A DNA stretch of 63,595 bases, the filler included, from Octopus bimaculoides (taxonomy: Eukaryota), in assembly GCF_001194135.2 (NCBI RefSeq). It is 6 parts of 5 records of this genome, joined end to end, with 100 filler letters (N's around TTAATTAATTAA, not from the genome) between each part and the next. Parts side by side here need not be neighbours in the genome. Positions count along the whole stretch, not along the records: positions 6,268 to 37,105 come from NC_068992.1; positions 37,206 to 45,974 come from NC_068985.1; 4 more parts are not named here. One strand, 5' to 3'. The translations under genes and the position numbers were made by a program. Below are positions 28,442-42,715 of this stretch, one piece after another. Each line of letters begins with the position of its first letter. Position 1 is the first letter of the stretch. The notes beneath the pieces are model-generated. The model ran no database searches, was not told the origin of the DNA, and worked only from the letters and a program-made list of their open reading frames with translations.

Positions 28442-30479
28442 GTAAAGATATATATACACACACACACATATATATGTAAAGATATATATACACACACACA
28501 CGTATATATATTTATATATATATATATATATATATATACACGTGTGTCTGTGTGTGCGCGTATGTATATATGTATATCTATCTATGTATCTATAATACGT
28601 ACAGACAAACATACATACGTACATACACTCATACATACATACATACATACATACATACATACACACACGCTCTGGAATACAATACAGGATAATCTCTTTG
28701 TTCGGGGCTGAGTTGATACGCCACCAACATTTAGAAGAATGATACTTCATACTTGCATATGTTATTACTTAGATTCATTATTCCGTAATGAAATTAGACA
28801 AATGTAAAAATCTGACGATGTATTCATGCATTTGATGTATATGAATAATGTATTGGACGTACAGGCATGTTAGTACATATAAGCTTTGAGAACGGCTGAT
28901 GAGAAATAAACGAAGGTCTAGTAATATTGTCTAGAATGTGTTGGATACTCTGATAGAAGTTGCAATGTAGCAATGTTCAACGACCGTAAAGACATGCAAT
29001 ATTGAATTTCTTGTGAAGGAAACTAGGATTTCCAGACGAAAGAACCTGACTCTATGGAATACACGTCAAGTGTTAGAAAATTAATGGGAATTGAAGATAC
29101 ATTTATGAAATTGCATGAGTTTATGTGGCATGAGGTAAGGTGAAAAATCTAACGTTTCTGACTAGCTGTGACGAATAGTAATTTTAGTTTGCGCTCAGAT
29201 TACTCCTTTAAGTAATATAACTAGATATTTGCAATAGAAATTTCCAACGACGGACTAGTCAACGCCTTTATCTGTAACGACCGCATGAAATATATATCTA
29301 TTTGAAGAGAATTAAAAAATAACTTAATTCTCTAGAGTTACATACATTAGAGGATTTCAGAAAAATGCTTCTAAAGATGACCACCTCTATTCATTGAAAA
29401 TATTATTGAGATTTTTCTTCAGAGCATTATTTAGAATATATTGTATAGGATATATTACTAACTGTTACGTTTCTCATGTGGGTGCTACCTGCTGTTGTGA
29501 GGTTTCCTTCTGAAGGGAAATTTTATTGCTCTTTGGTTAAATGAATCTATAGTTCATTACATGACATACATCACGAAAATGTTTAATCTCATTTAGGCGT
29601 TAAGATGATAATTTATCGTTAAGCAGATAATTTATCTGCATGCTGACGCTTATATATCGAGAATTCTCAATCCATCTCTCTTGTCATTATAAGGTTTAAT
29701 TACTCAAATATATATTTTCTTATTGAAGTGGGAATACACATTCAGTCCTGAAGAAGCGAAAAACATGGAGGAAAAACATGGAGGAGAGCTAAAAAAATCT
29801 ATGCATTCTATAACGTTTGATTCTGGAATTTTATATAACTTTATTCAATTAGGATATTTTTTATAGACATCAGAGACGAAGTATTATACGACTAAGAATA
29901 TGAAATATGTGTTTAAAACATCTCGGCTGATACTTTCGTCTTTCATTATTATATGGATTGAATTCTTTCCGGCGAAACACGTTTGAAATAAATTACTTCT
30001 AGCAATAATATTTATGCTGGACAATCAATCAATTATCAATAATTATTTCAAATTCTCTTGTGTCTAAACATGTGATTATTATTTAAAAAATAGTGCTGAC
30101 ATTGTTTTAATTCCGTCTAAAGTAATCCTTTGTAACAATACCTCATATATATATATGGCAGGTGGAAGATAAACACATTTTTCAGGTGCCGGAAGGTTTA
30201 ACGTGGACTTTCCTGCTCTTTAGTGTAGACACTGCAGCATAATCTTGGATTGTGTAAACCGTTTATAACTACAAGAACATCCCAAATCTACTCAGTCACT
30301 TCCAGCTGTCTTTCAGGTACCGACTGCATTTTCCCAATTTGACAATATGCACATGGACAAAGAGCATCTGGTTAGACTTTACAATCATCTGCTAGTCGGG
30401 CATCGCACTTTGTAAGATTATCACACTGTTGTAGGTTAGAAATTTAGTGTTCAGTAAGACTGAATACACTACCTACATA

Positions 30480-30880
30480 CTTCGGATATCCAGTTTAAAT
30501 GCACGCGGCCTGGATTTTGACGAAAATTAACTGCTTTGGTGCTACGTAAACTGTATAATTTACAAATTCTGTAGTGTAATAGTTCTAACGGTGACATTAC
30601 GCGTTTCAGCCTACTCCGATTAGCGCTTGGCAACGAAACACTCTTATACATCCGGTTCCCGAACATGAACGACTTTTAGTGTTATGACGAGCATCTAGTC
30701 TCGCATGACATACGGATCTGGCTATTAGTTGAGTCAAATTTTACCATTATCTTACTATGTTCTTTCCGTAGAACGGAAACATTAATGGTAAGCCAACTCG
30801 TCCAACTTATACGAATGGAAGAGAATGCCGGAAACCTCATCAACTTCGAAGCTAAAACAAATAAGTATAAAATTACTGAG
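30480..30880 (+). mobile_element. Possible very old RTE RT remnant
   Basis: Fragments LRKLYN, SSNGDITRFSLL..LGNETL and NLINFEAKTNKY appear in RT motif order. Weak. Confidence 0.25.
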
Positions 30881-31971
30881 CGTGCGTGAGGAACCAATAT
30901 GATTCCTAATCGTACATTTGCTCATTTTTTTTTGTTGCATTTTTGCAAAAGTATCTTATTAGTACCCTAACCCTTAAATCTCCTGCCACAACATTTGCAT
31001 GCTCGATATAAGAGCTGGATATCAGGTGGCGCTTATGTTATGTCAAATTCAATCTACATTTAAATATAGTTTGTGCAACAAGCTTTTAAAATAAACAGCA
31101 CGTGATGCGTTGTGGCAATTTTTCTCGATCAACATACAAATTGTTCATATTGGAGGAAGTCATACCGGAAACGCTCTGTATTTTTCGATTAAATACAAAC
31201 ATGTAATAATAGTAGACATGCATAATATTCAAAACATCTTTGAGATATTAATTGAACGATAATATCTAAGATAGTTATGTAAACACTTGAAATATTAATT
31301 GTTTGCGATAAAGGGAAGAAAACAGAATAGCAATCTACAAATGCTTCTCCGATAGAAATGATAAATGAATTTAACTTCCATTTCCAGAAAGGAAATTCGG
31401 CAAAACAACTAATCATTTGGGAGATCTACTTGCATACTAGTGATCATGATATATATATTTTTCAGTGTATTTGAGTGAGTATAACTCTGCCAAGGTGTAT
31501 GTCATCTTACTATTGATTAAAGCTGTTATTGAATATCTCTATTAATGCAATATTGAATACTGCATGTCGGAGACTTTGGATCTTAAAAGGTCTACTTATT
31601 ACAGTGTGTGCAAACGGCATCCAAAATAACTTTCACATACATAGAAACACATGGACACATGCAAACTCAAAGAGCATCAAACGCAACACATGCATATAAT
31701 TATAAGTACGTGAGTGTGTGTTTGTGTGTGTGTGCGCGCGTGTATATGTGTGTATGTGTGTATGTGTGAGTGTGTGCATACATATGATTGCTTTGAGAAT
31801 TTGTTAGCATATACTTTCTGTTAACGCTATGTTGAACATTCCATGTAGGAGTCTTTTGATGTTAAAAAAAGGCTATGTATTAGCGATTTACAAATATTAC
31901 CTCTTTATGCAACATAGCACACCGATACATTGCCAGAAATAATCAGTTTTAACAATGCCAAAAGCATGTAC

Positions 31972-32013
<42 letters not shown>

Positions 32014-32167
32014 NNNNNNNNNNNNNNNNNNNNNNNNNNNNNNNNNNNNNNNNNNNNNNNNNNNNNNNNNNNNNNNNNNNNNNNNNNNNNNNNNNNNNNN
32101 NNNNNNNNNNNNNNNNNNNNNNNNNNNNNNNNNNNNNNNNNNNNNNNNNNNNNNNNNNNNNNNNNNN

Positions 32168-32208
<41 letters not shown>

Positions 32209-33699
32209 GAATTGTGTTGAGGAGCATACGTCTGCTGGAGTTTAAATGCAGTAGAAACCTGAAGATGGACATAAATTTTTATACAATTATGACAAAATGA
32301 ATTTGCAAGCAATATATTGCATTACAACATCGCATAAGTGTATGCATTCCATATCTGCGAAATCGTTAATTCAACCTTATGCTGGTTTATGAAGTAGAAT
32401 TTGATTTTACAGGAATTCTATTTAAAATGATTCTATAAAGATCCATGCAAAGGACATACTGTGTTAGATTAATAAAGTCATATAGTGTATTGAAATTGAT
32501 GAGAACCGATTTGTAGCTGAATTGCTGAATAGTTGAGTAGTCGGCTTTATGTCAACGAAAAAAACAGAAAATGTTTGAAACACAAGCTCGGTTTTTCGTT
32601 GACCTCTTCTTGCATTACAATAAATACTTAAAGGAACATTTTATATTGGAATTGAATCTTAATTTTATCAGTGAGTAATTAGGTATTATAGACAAATCAC
32701 CAATATAAATGGGGATTCATCTTAAAATGTTGAAGTTTTCTACCTTACATTTTAAACAACCATACTTATTGCAACCAACCCATTTATAATTTAAATACAT
32801 AATTCTAAAACTCAAAAATTGCTATTCTGCTCTGGAGTTGTGTGTCAGTGAGTGGGAAACGGCTGATCTTTGGCATATACAAATAGGATTTCAAACTGAT
32901 CTATGCTTGTGTTTGAGTGAGCGAATTAATTGTCATTCTGACATTAGAATGCTGATTCTGTTAGTGAGTAAATATATGTTATTTAGAAACCATTTCAAAA
33001 ATTGGAGATTTGGATTGAAGCTATTCATTAGTTTAAATTTACTCTTAGTTTGATTTCTAGCTGTTAGATTAACGTAATTTCATTGAGTACTGAATCGGTC
33101 ATACTGTAAACGAACGTGTAAGAACTCCTTGTGTTTTAATGCTGAGGATGTGCTTCCTATTCTGCTGCAAAACTGATCGTAGGGTGAATGATATGAAAAC
33201 ATGTCTGAAAGTCGCACCCAAGATTTCTTGATTTGTTTTCTGTTTTTTTTTTTGTTTTTTTTTATGTGAGAATATATCACTTGGAAACCATTGCTGGATT
33301 TAGTTTCGCAAAATTGATACCTGGTTTTCTGTTTGAAGTTGAGTAAACAATGTGTAACATTAATTATGAAGAATAATGGATTATTTATAATCTGTCGCAT
33401 ATGTCTTGAGTACATATAAAAGGTATAAATCAAATTGTATTGAAGTTATGTTACATTTATATAGAAATGAAACAGTGGAAGCAGTAAATAATTGCAACAG
33501 AATTGTGACAATAAAGAATGATTATTCCATACCGACGGCTTATATATTTTGCGACAGTTTTGATTATTACACTTTGTGGATATCACAGACTTATTTGCAC
33601 AAAGCAATATGTCGGAGTTTTCTGATTATTTCTGTGAAAGCAAAACACTAGAGTTAAACAATCTCTAATGTATCGAGAAATTAATGGACCCATTTCATA

Positions 33700-35030
33700 C
33701 GTTGTTCACAGGGATCATACAGTGCCTTCAATGGCCATAGATTATAGCCTATTCTACCAGGTCTCCTTGCAATATTTGTTACCCATGTTTTGACTGAAGT
33801 GATGTTGAAAGTGTTGTAACATTGTATATGCTTTGTTGTATTTCGGAAATGAATTGAAATTTCAGAGTTCTTATACAAAAAACAGATATAGCCTCAATAT
33901 AGGTTACTTCATCCTCCAATGTTATTCGTATCTCAAACGGATATCTATCTTCAATTTGTCATATTCTACAGCAGTCATATCATTATTGGTCTTAGACCGT
34001 ATGCGCTGTTTACTCCCTATGTCCTACTAACTTCCAGTACCAGCCTTTCTCTCACCTCTTCGTCTCTCGCTTTGCCCCTGTAAAAAAATGCCCAGGATTT
34101 AATGTAGGCGGCGTCAGTGGAACATATCTAGAAATTTAGAGCTCTCCGCTCTTTTCCTCCATCTTTCATGGGCGTAGATACTGTTAATATAACAAAAGGT
34201 GAGCATAATTGCAGATTTATCGCTTCGCTGACGGTCTTCGATCTCCATATTGGACGAAGGCGTTGGAGTACTGGTGTTGCTCTACTCATCCTGATCGTGA
34301 CTTCATTATCTGCATCAATCTCGTTGCATATGTAACTTCTCAGATTTGTAAATTTATCGAACTACTCGAGGATATCGTCACGTCCGAGACTAACAGGCGG
34401 TGTTTGGGCTTCAATAACGTAACGCAGGTGTGGCATTTTCAGCGTAAATCCGCAAATGTGCTTTCGCCTCCAAACTGTTGAAGTTATCTGAAATGTTATC
34501 TAGCGTATCTTAGTCGGAACTTAGTAAAGCTAAGTCGTCTGCTAAATCCAACTCTGTCACTTTGCCCAGTATCTATGTCACTCGAAAACTAATGTTGTCC
34601 GTTGATTTCTGCATGTTGGAATCAATCATCATGAGGAAGAGAAACGGTGACAAGCTTCAACCTGTCTCGCTCCGGTAGCCATTTCAAATATATCCGTGAA
34701 ACCACTGCACGTCTTCATGTCATGCCACACTGGTAGTTTCTATAGAGAAAGTTAAATATGCCGTTACTTCTAATCGGGACCCCAGAGATTCTCGAGATAT
34801 TCCAGAGTGCATCTCGGTGAACACTGTCAAATGCTTTCTTAAAATCGCTGAAATTAAGAAGCAGCCGCAGTCTATGCTCTCTGCATTGCTCGACTAAATT
34901 CGACACAAGACTTGTAGCTCCAAAACCCTGTCAAACGTCACTGAAGACAACATAAAACTCTTCCCTCAATTTGTTCAGCAGAACATTGCAAAGAACTTCG
35001 TGAGACACAGAAGTCATTGTAGTTCCCCGT
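33700..35030 (-). mobile_element. RTE-clade LINE fragment (RT domain to C-terminus), pseudogenised
   Basis: Minus strand: VLCNVLLNKLR...QGF...LVEQCREHRLRLLLNFSDFKKAFDSVHRDALWNI..GVP, then LSPFLFLMMID, ELDLADDLALLS, and KTWVTNI near 33780. Confidence 0.85.
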
Positions 35031-35764
35031 TAGTTGTTACAGTCTGCTAGGTTACCTACAGCAATTGTAATAACATTGCTTTTCTACTTTAAAATACGTT
35101 TGTACATAATTATTCATGATTTGTGCCATACCCGTGTTATTGTCCGAAAATATTTAACCAATGTCATGTTGGCTCTTATACCTCAAGTATTCAAAATATA
35201 TGCATATAATAGCCATCATAAAACTGAAACAATAAATATATTAAACATGTCTGATGTAAATGTGCTTGTACGACTAAAACTGGTTAAAATAAGCGTTTAT
35301 GCATATAACCGAATGTCTACTTTACAAATAACAAAGTCCGAAATTCATAATCTCGTAAAAGAACCAACATCTATAAGTTGATCTGATTTACTATGGTAAT
35401 TGATAAGAGCCGTCGTGAGATGATGTCAAATATTTGTAACATTAACTTGATGAGATTCATTAGATAAAATATAATCTATCAATCGACAGGAAATTAATAT
35501 AGATAGGAAACTAATATGCTTCTGGTCGTTTAGCTTCACAATCACATTCCAGCCAAAGTAGTTATATAATACAGCTCATAGTTTTATCATAGCGTGTTAT
35601 ATTCAAAATATTTGCTTCCAAAATTTACGCTTAAGTTCATAAATCAGGAATTCTATGAATTGTATTAATAGAAACAACTTTCTCAGAACGGCTCAATTAT
35701 TAATTTCGCCAATGAAATGTGCCGGATCAGTCTTGTTTCCTTCACTTCAGCATAAGTTACTTTA

Positions 35765-36200
35765 GGCGAGCTGGTGAGCTGGCAGAAGCGTTAGCACTCC
35801 GGGCGAAATGCTTAGCGGTATTTCATGTGCCGTTACGTTCTGAGTTCAAATTCCGCCGAGGTCAACTTTGCATTTGATCCTTTCGGGGTCGATCAATTAA
35901 GTACCAGTCACACACTGGGGTCGATGTAATCGACTTAATCCCTTTGTGTCTTTGTTTGTGCCCTCCCCCTATGTTTAGCCCCTTGTCGGCAATAAAAAAA
36001 TAAGAAACGTTAGCACGTCTGGCGAGATGCTTAGCGGTATTTTGTCTGTCTTTATGTTCTGAGATGAAATTCCGCCGAAGTCAACTGTGCCTGTCAATCT
36101 TTCAGGGTCGATAAATTAAGTACCAGTTGCGTACTGTGATCGATCTAATCGCCCCCACCCCACAAATAAAATTCGGGCCTTCAGCCTAAAGTAGAAAAGA
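35765..36200 (+). mobile_element. Two SINE family D copies head-to-tail (35765-36002 and 36003-36200)
   Basis: Both carry gaaacgttagcac...gaaatgcttagcggtattt...aaattccgccga.gtc.act...ggggtcgat.aattaagtaccag. CpGs are retained. Confidence 0.9.
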
Positions 36201-36592
36201 ATGTTACTTTCTCATAAAATGTAGCTTCATGAGTGAGTGTAATTTTTTTTTCTATAGGAAGTTAAAACAAATGCAAGATACATACATATCATATTTAAGT
36301 CAAAAGTGTGGCGAAATCGTTGGAAACTGCTGATAGACAACTGTTTCCTGTAAATTTATCACACATTGTGCGTTTTCGTGTCTGAAGAGAAAGTGGTCAC
36401 ACATTTCATTTCAACAAATACTCATCTAGTGACCAATGGGGCGCACATAATAGCAACAAGAACATAATGGCATGGAGGCACATTCGGTGTACATAATGAT
36501 AACGAGCAACATTACTGTCAATATTCTTATTTGGGCATTATGCATACCGGGATCTAAATGTACATTTGTCTCGCTATGTCTCCCTATCTCTG

Positions 36593-36905
<313 letters not shown>

Positions 36906-36942
36906 CGCATATACGTGCTTAGATATACACATGCCGTGCTTT

Positions 36943-37070
36943 CTTTTACATTCTTTTTAATAAATCCACTCACAAGGCGTTGGTGAGCGCGAGCCTAGAG
37001 TAGAGAACAACTGCCAATGATGCCGTGCACTGGGCTTCATTCCGGACCCATGTGATTGGGAAGAAAATTA
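36943..37070 (-). mobile_element. Degenerate SINE family B head
   Basis: aaatccactcacaaggcgttggtgagcgcgagcctagagtagag...ccggacccatgtgattgggaag matches the reverse complement of the family B head. Confidence 0.6.
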
Positions 37071-37105
37071 TAATATATGTTCATACATACACACACACAC
37101 ACACA

Positions 37106-37205
37106 NNNNNNNNNNNNNNNNNNNNNNNNNNNNNNNNNNNNNNNNNNNNTTAATTAATTAANNNNNNNNNNNNNNNNNNNNNNNNNNNNNNNNNNNNNNN
37201 NNNNN
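37106..37205. other. Artificial 100-bp assembly spacer N44-TTAATTAATTAA-N44
   Basis: 12-mer at 37150-37161 with 44 N on each side. Confidence 0.95.
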
Positions 37206-37902
37206 TATATATAAATTTCTCAAGAAGCAACAATAATGCATCTTACAAGCAGAAATTTAGAAAAGATCCCTAATAACCTTTGATAGAAGTTTAGAATGTT
37301 ATAATACATCTAAACTAATATAATAAAAACAATTCCAGGTTTGTATGTATATATATTAAACAAATTATCTTTTTCAAAACGAATGATATATGACTTTATT
37401 TCCAATGTCGCCTGTCTGCCTTTATCGTTCATTTTACGACCTACTTCCTTCCCAAGATTCATTGCGTGTACTAAAACTATCTAAACTTCCGTTTTCCGAT
37501 ATCAAACTGATACGGTTTCAAACGATCAAAAAGTTTTGTACTGCAATACAACAACAACAACAACAGCAATTATAAAAGGCAGCAATTTATTAGGGTCTAA
37601 GATGAAAGACACATTTTATTTTATTTCACGTTTTTAAAAGGATATAAAACTGGAAAAATTAAATATTCGTTAAAACATAAGAAAAAATACATGTCTCTAT
37701 AATTCACATACATTGATATACGGCTTACACACGTAGACATATGTAGACGTATAGAGGCAAACACTTACGAATACACACGGAAATTCATAGACACAAATTT
37801 AAGATTTGCGTTTGCATACACATATAAATCTAATACATACATACATACGTACATACATACGTACATACATATATACATACAGACAGACAGACAAGCAGAC
37901 AT

Positions 37903-38082
37903 AGGAGTGGCAGTGTGGTAAGAAACTTGCTTCCCAGCCACATGGTTCTGGGTTCAGTCCCACTGCGTGGCACCTTGGGCATGTGTCTTCTACTATAGCC
38001 TCGGGCCGACTAAAGCCTTGTGAGTGGATTTGGTAGACGGAAACTGAAAGAAGCTCGTCGTACACACACACACACACACACA
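37903..38082 (+). mobile_element. SINE family B head (tRNA-like + CORE-like) running into its internal (CA)n microsatellite and a gap
   Basis: aggagtggcagtgtggtaag (A-box-like), gggttcagtccc (B-box-like) and caccttgggcatgtgtctt (CORE-like ACCTTGGGCAAG). Confidence 0.9.
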
Positions 38083-38745
38083 NNNNNNNNNNNNNNNNNN
38101 NNNNNNNNNNNNNNNNNNNNNNNNNNNNNNNNNNNNNNNNNNNNNNNNNNNNNNNNNNNNNNNNNNNNNNNNNNNNNNNNNNNNNNNNNNNNNNNNNNNN
38201 NNNNNNNNNNNNNNNNNNNNNNNNNNNNNNNNNNNNNNNNNNNNNNNNNNNNNNNNNNNNNNNNNNNNNNNNNNNNNNNNNNNNNNNNNNNNNNNNNNNN
38301 NNNNNNNNNNNNNNNNNNNNNNNNNNNNNNNNNNNNNNNNNNNNNNNNNNNNNNNNNNNNNNNNNNNNNNNNNNNNNNNNNNNNNNNNNNNNNNNNNNNN
38401 NNNNNNNNNNNNNNNNNNNNNNNNNNNNNNNNNNNNNNNNNNNNNNNNNNNNNNNNNNNNNNNNNNNNNNNNNNNNNNNNNNNNNNNNNNNNNNNNNNNN
38501 NNNNNNNNNNNNNNNNNNNNNNNNNNNNNNNNNNNNNNNNNNNNNNNNNNNNNNNNTATATATGGATGTATGTATATTGTATGTATATGTATATATACAC
38601 CCATACACACATTTATATATATGTACAAAAACATTCATCCATGTGTTTATATATGCAAATTTAGGTTTGTGTGCGCGTGTATTTAAATGTAAGAACAAGC
38701 AGAATAAAAGTAAATTGCTGTTTCATGTGCGTCTGTCTTTCCTTC

Positions 38746-38788
<43 letters not shown>

Positions 38789-38850
38789 CGCTCTGATATA
38801 TATATATTAATTTTATATATACATGCATAGACGCACACATATACATGTTC

Positions 38851-38889
<39 letters not shown>

Positions 38890-39284
38890 TAAAGTATACA
38901 TGAAAATAAGTTAAATGATGAATTGGGGTAGATGCGTGGTTAGGTGAGGCGTGGCGTCTGTGACAGATGGAGCGGATGTGAGAGACTGTCTTGGTCAATG
39001 TTTTAGAAACGTGTGCAAAATATCCTTCCCCCATTGCTGCATAGAAACTATACTGTGGTGGTGTTCGTATAGGAAGTGTTGNNNNNNNNNNNNNNNNNNN
39101 NNNNNNNNNNNNNNNNNNNNNNNNNNNNNNNNNNNNNNNNNNNNNNNNNNNNNNNNNNNNNNNNNNNNNNNNNNNNNNNNNNNNNNNNNNNNNNNNNNNN
39201 NNNNNNNNNNNNNNNNNNNNNNNNNNNNNNNNNNNNNNNNNNNNNNNNNNNNNNNNNNNNNNNNNNNNNNNNNNNNNNNNNNNN

Positions 39285-39482
39285 GGTGGTGGTGGTGGTG
39301 GTGGTGGTGGTGGTGGTGCTGCTGCTGCTGCTGCTGATGATGATGATTGTTGTGATGATGGAATTAATTGTGTTGATGGTCGTGTTGGTTTTGGCGAGAC
39401 GCTGGTGTCTGGAGGGAGCAGTAGTGACGTCTCGGTGTTTGTAGTGGTGGCGGAAGCGGTATGGTGTTAATGCGGATGAAGT

Positions 39483-39523
<41 letters not shown>

Positions 39524-39630
39524 GTGATATTGGTGATGACGATGATGAAGAAAAAGAAGATGGAGAAGATGATGATGATGATGATAAATTTGATGATGAT
39601 GGACATGATGATATTGGTGATGACGATGTA
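39285..39630. repeat. Compound trinucleotide array (GGT)n-(GCT)n-(GAT)n
   Basis: Directly visible. It gives poly-D/poly-S/poly-T frames without a supported start or splice structure. Confidence 0.9.
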
Positions 39631-40440
39631 GTCACGTTCATCCTAAACTTCTCTCAGTTGACGAATGTAAAATGGAACACGGGGCACCAAAAAAAATAAC
39701 AGAGATTTACAAATGTGAAGTAGAAGAGAACTGAATGAAACGTTTAGAATAGGGCTTTGTTAGGGCGAAATATCAATAATTACATCTGATGAGAAGAGGT
39801 GTTAGCATCGTTCGCATTAAGACATAAGTAGTTTCCAAGCTGATGTTGATGCTGTTGTTGATGCTGTTTTAACAAAGACCATCCCTGACCGTGCAGTCTT
39901 ATGATCCAAGGCATTCCGGCCATGACTATCCCGTTTTTATATTTTTTAAAGTGTCCTTCCTTGTGATTACTGTTATTTAGCACTAATCAACTCCGAGATT
40001 ACTTACGATAAAATGCGCCCAAGGTGTAGCAATACTGTCTTTTTAGGTGTATTTGGACTAAATTTCTTAATTTATTTATAAATTGAGTAGTAGAGTCATA
40101 GTTGAATGGAACTGAACAATAGAATAAAAAAGATAAGAAACATCAGTGTGAGGTGGAGCAGTGCAACAGCCGTGTGGGATGCAACAAGAACAGTTTAGAA
40201 TGGAGGAGGTATGGAATGGAGCTGATGGACAATAATGAAGAGTTGATATTGACTGATAGCAATGTAATGGGGAGGGGTAGAACAATGGTGTGTAGAGGAG
40301 CGAAACAATGGTTGTTTGGATGGGAATGAAACAATGTGATGTGTAGCAGAAGAATAACAGTGTGGAGTAGCGTGGAATAATGGCACTAAAGAGTGGAGAG
40401 GAACCACAATGTATAGAGTAGAGCTATAGCTTGCAGTACC

Positions 40441-40830
40441 GTAGAACAGCTGTTCTGAGTGGAGTGAAGTTCAGTATTAGTGGGGAGTGGAGTATAACTT
40501 TAGCAGGAGGGAGGAAAGTAGAAGAGTAAGGTGGATTGGAGTGGAACAATATTGTGGAGTGGAGTGGAACTTTAGCATGGGGAAAAGGAGAAGAACAAGA
40601 TTTGTGTGGATTAGAGTGGAGCAATACTCTGAAGTGGAGTGGAACTTTAGCAGGAGGGAGGAAATTAGAACAAGAGTAAGGTGGATTGGAGTGGAACAAT
40701 ATTGTTGAGTGGAGTGGAACTTTAGCATGGGGAAAAGGAGAAGAACAAGAATCGTGTGGATTAGAGTGGAGCAATACTCTGAAGTGAAGTAGAACTTTAG
40801 CATGAGAAAGAGAAGAGAAGAACAGAGTAA
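40441..40830. repeat. Purine-rich 75-bp tandem repeat organised as a 150-bp A/B dimer, within a pentamer-derived (TGGAG/TAGAG) field at about 40100-40930
   Basis: The anchor ctttagc occurs at 40498, 40570, 40645, 40720 and 40795 (spacings 72, 75, 75, 75). Alternate monomers are near-identical. Confidence 0.85.
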
Positions 40831-41252
40831 AACAGCAACATTATAGAGTAGAGAAGAAGAATAAGAGTTGATGAGTAGAACAGCATAGTGGAGTGGAGAA
40901 CAACATGAATTATGTCGAGTGGAGTAAAATATTAAGAGAAGGACATGAAGGAGTTGAAAATCTTGTGTGCATCTGGTTCTTTCTTCAATTCTAGCAAGAT
41001 CTATATTTACGAAATTTGTTAGATATTTGGATCAAGTATTCATTTATGCGAATAAATTCTTCTAATCTGACGTGCCAGGAATTACTATGAATCTATTTAA
41101 TACTTCTACAGAACGCTTAGAATTAATATCCAAAATTATTCCCCACCAAAAACTACGAAGAAACAACACGTTGCATGTCAATCAAATGTTATGTCGAAGT
41201 GTTTGTATGTTTAAAATTGGATAACACTGACACAGAAGAGAAAGAGGGACGA

Positions 41253-41292
<40 letters not shown>

Positions 41293-41470
41293 AGGAGAGA
41301 GAGAGAGAGAGAAGGAGGAGAGAGAGAAAAAGAGTTGGTAAGTCAGAGAAACAGCCATATAGACAGACAATAAAGATCAGTTGGGCATTAGCGTTAATTA
41401 CATCATATTCTGCATAGTATGAGATTCTATCGGCAGTCAAGAGCAAAGGGCAGTTGCAGAATGCCATAAA

Positions 41471-41545
<75 letters not shown>

Positions 41546-41641
41546 NNNNNNNNNNNNNNNNNNNNNNNNNNNNNNNNNNNNNNNNNNNNNNNNNNNNNNN
41601 NNNNNNNNNNNNNNNNNNNATATAATATATATATATATATA

Positions 41642-41704
<63 letters not shown>

Positions 41705-42364
41705 GCACATACATATACACGCACATACATACACGCACGAACACACACACAGAGGCACATATATGTATATATATTAAGTTATAATTATATAGCTGCATCT
41801 AAGCTATCATATTCTGTCAGAAAATGTCAGCTATGTCAAGATGGAAAATATAACACATACGGGCGGTCGATGCGGCAATCATCATATACACTGTGTTAAT
41901 TTTATTGCTGTTGTATTTTATTCTTACCATAGGTCAAAATAGAACTCCATCATCACGTCAACTCGCAGTGCATTCACTTCTGTTACAAAAAAAAAAAAAA
42001 GAAGATCCCAGATTTTCATAAAACATTAACCGTTATTTACAACGTATAAACAAACGGTTTGTAGCATAACTTCGCACCTGATATGTATGTAGCCGTTTAA
42101 AATAGAATTTATTTATATATTTACATGCAACTAATGTAAAACTAACTAAATCTGCATTCTTATTTTACTTATTCATCGATATTTATAGCGAGTGATAGTT
42201 TCTGTGTCACAAAACACGTACGTAACAATCTGGAACAGTATATGTTTGCGCTGTTAAGAGCGAGAAAAAAATGGCAGGAAACCATATACGTATCTATGCA
42301 TGTATGTACGTACGTATGTATGTATGTATGCATGTATGTATGTATGTATGTATGTATCTATGTA

Positions 42365-42427
<63 letters not shown>

Positions 42428-42715
42428 ATGTATGTATGTCATTATTCAGTTTATTTCAAGAATTCTTACCAATAGAGAAAAAGCTAGTTTCTAACCTAGA
42501 TCCAAGGTTCCTTCATTGGAATTTCAACATCAAAAAGTTATTTTTGTATGTATGTATGCGTGTATATTTTGTTTTATGTATGTATTCTTATGCATGTAGT
42601 TACACATCTAGACAAGCTCATATATTAAAATAAACTTTTGGAAAGCTTTACAGATTTTCACAGTTCCAATGATGGATTGGATCTGTAGTCTTCGAATCAG
42701 CTTTCTCATATGCAT

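Noticed and set aside
27866-28711. 281-aa plus-strand ORF
   Set aside because: It is antisense to the R4/Dong-like remnant and then microsatellite (HT/YI repeats), with no domain.
28896-28915. ctgatgag-aaataaa-cgaag hammerhead-like string (also ctgatgaagg...ccagaaa at 59045)
   Set aside because: The GAAA core is broken or shifted and no stems I and III can be formed.
39445-39702. Poly-Asp acidic frame
   Set aside because: It is a (GAT)n microsatellite with no start codon or splice support.
41820-41899. RKCQLCQDGKYNTYG peptide resembling a laminin-EGF/TNFR CxxCxxGxY motif
   Set aside because: The following cysteines are missing, there is no good donor, and it is too short to exceed chance.
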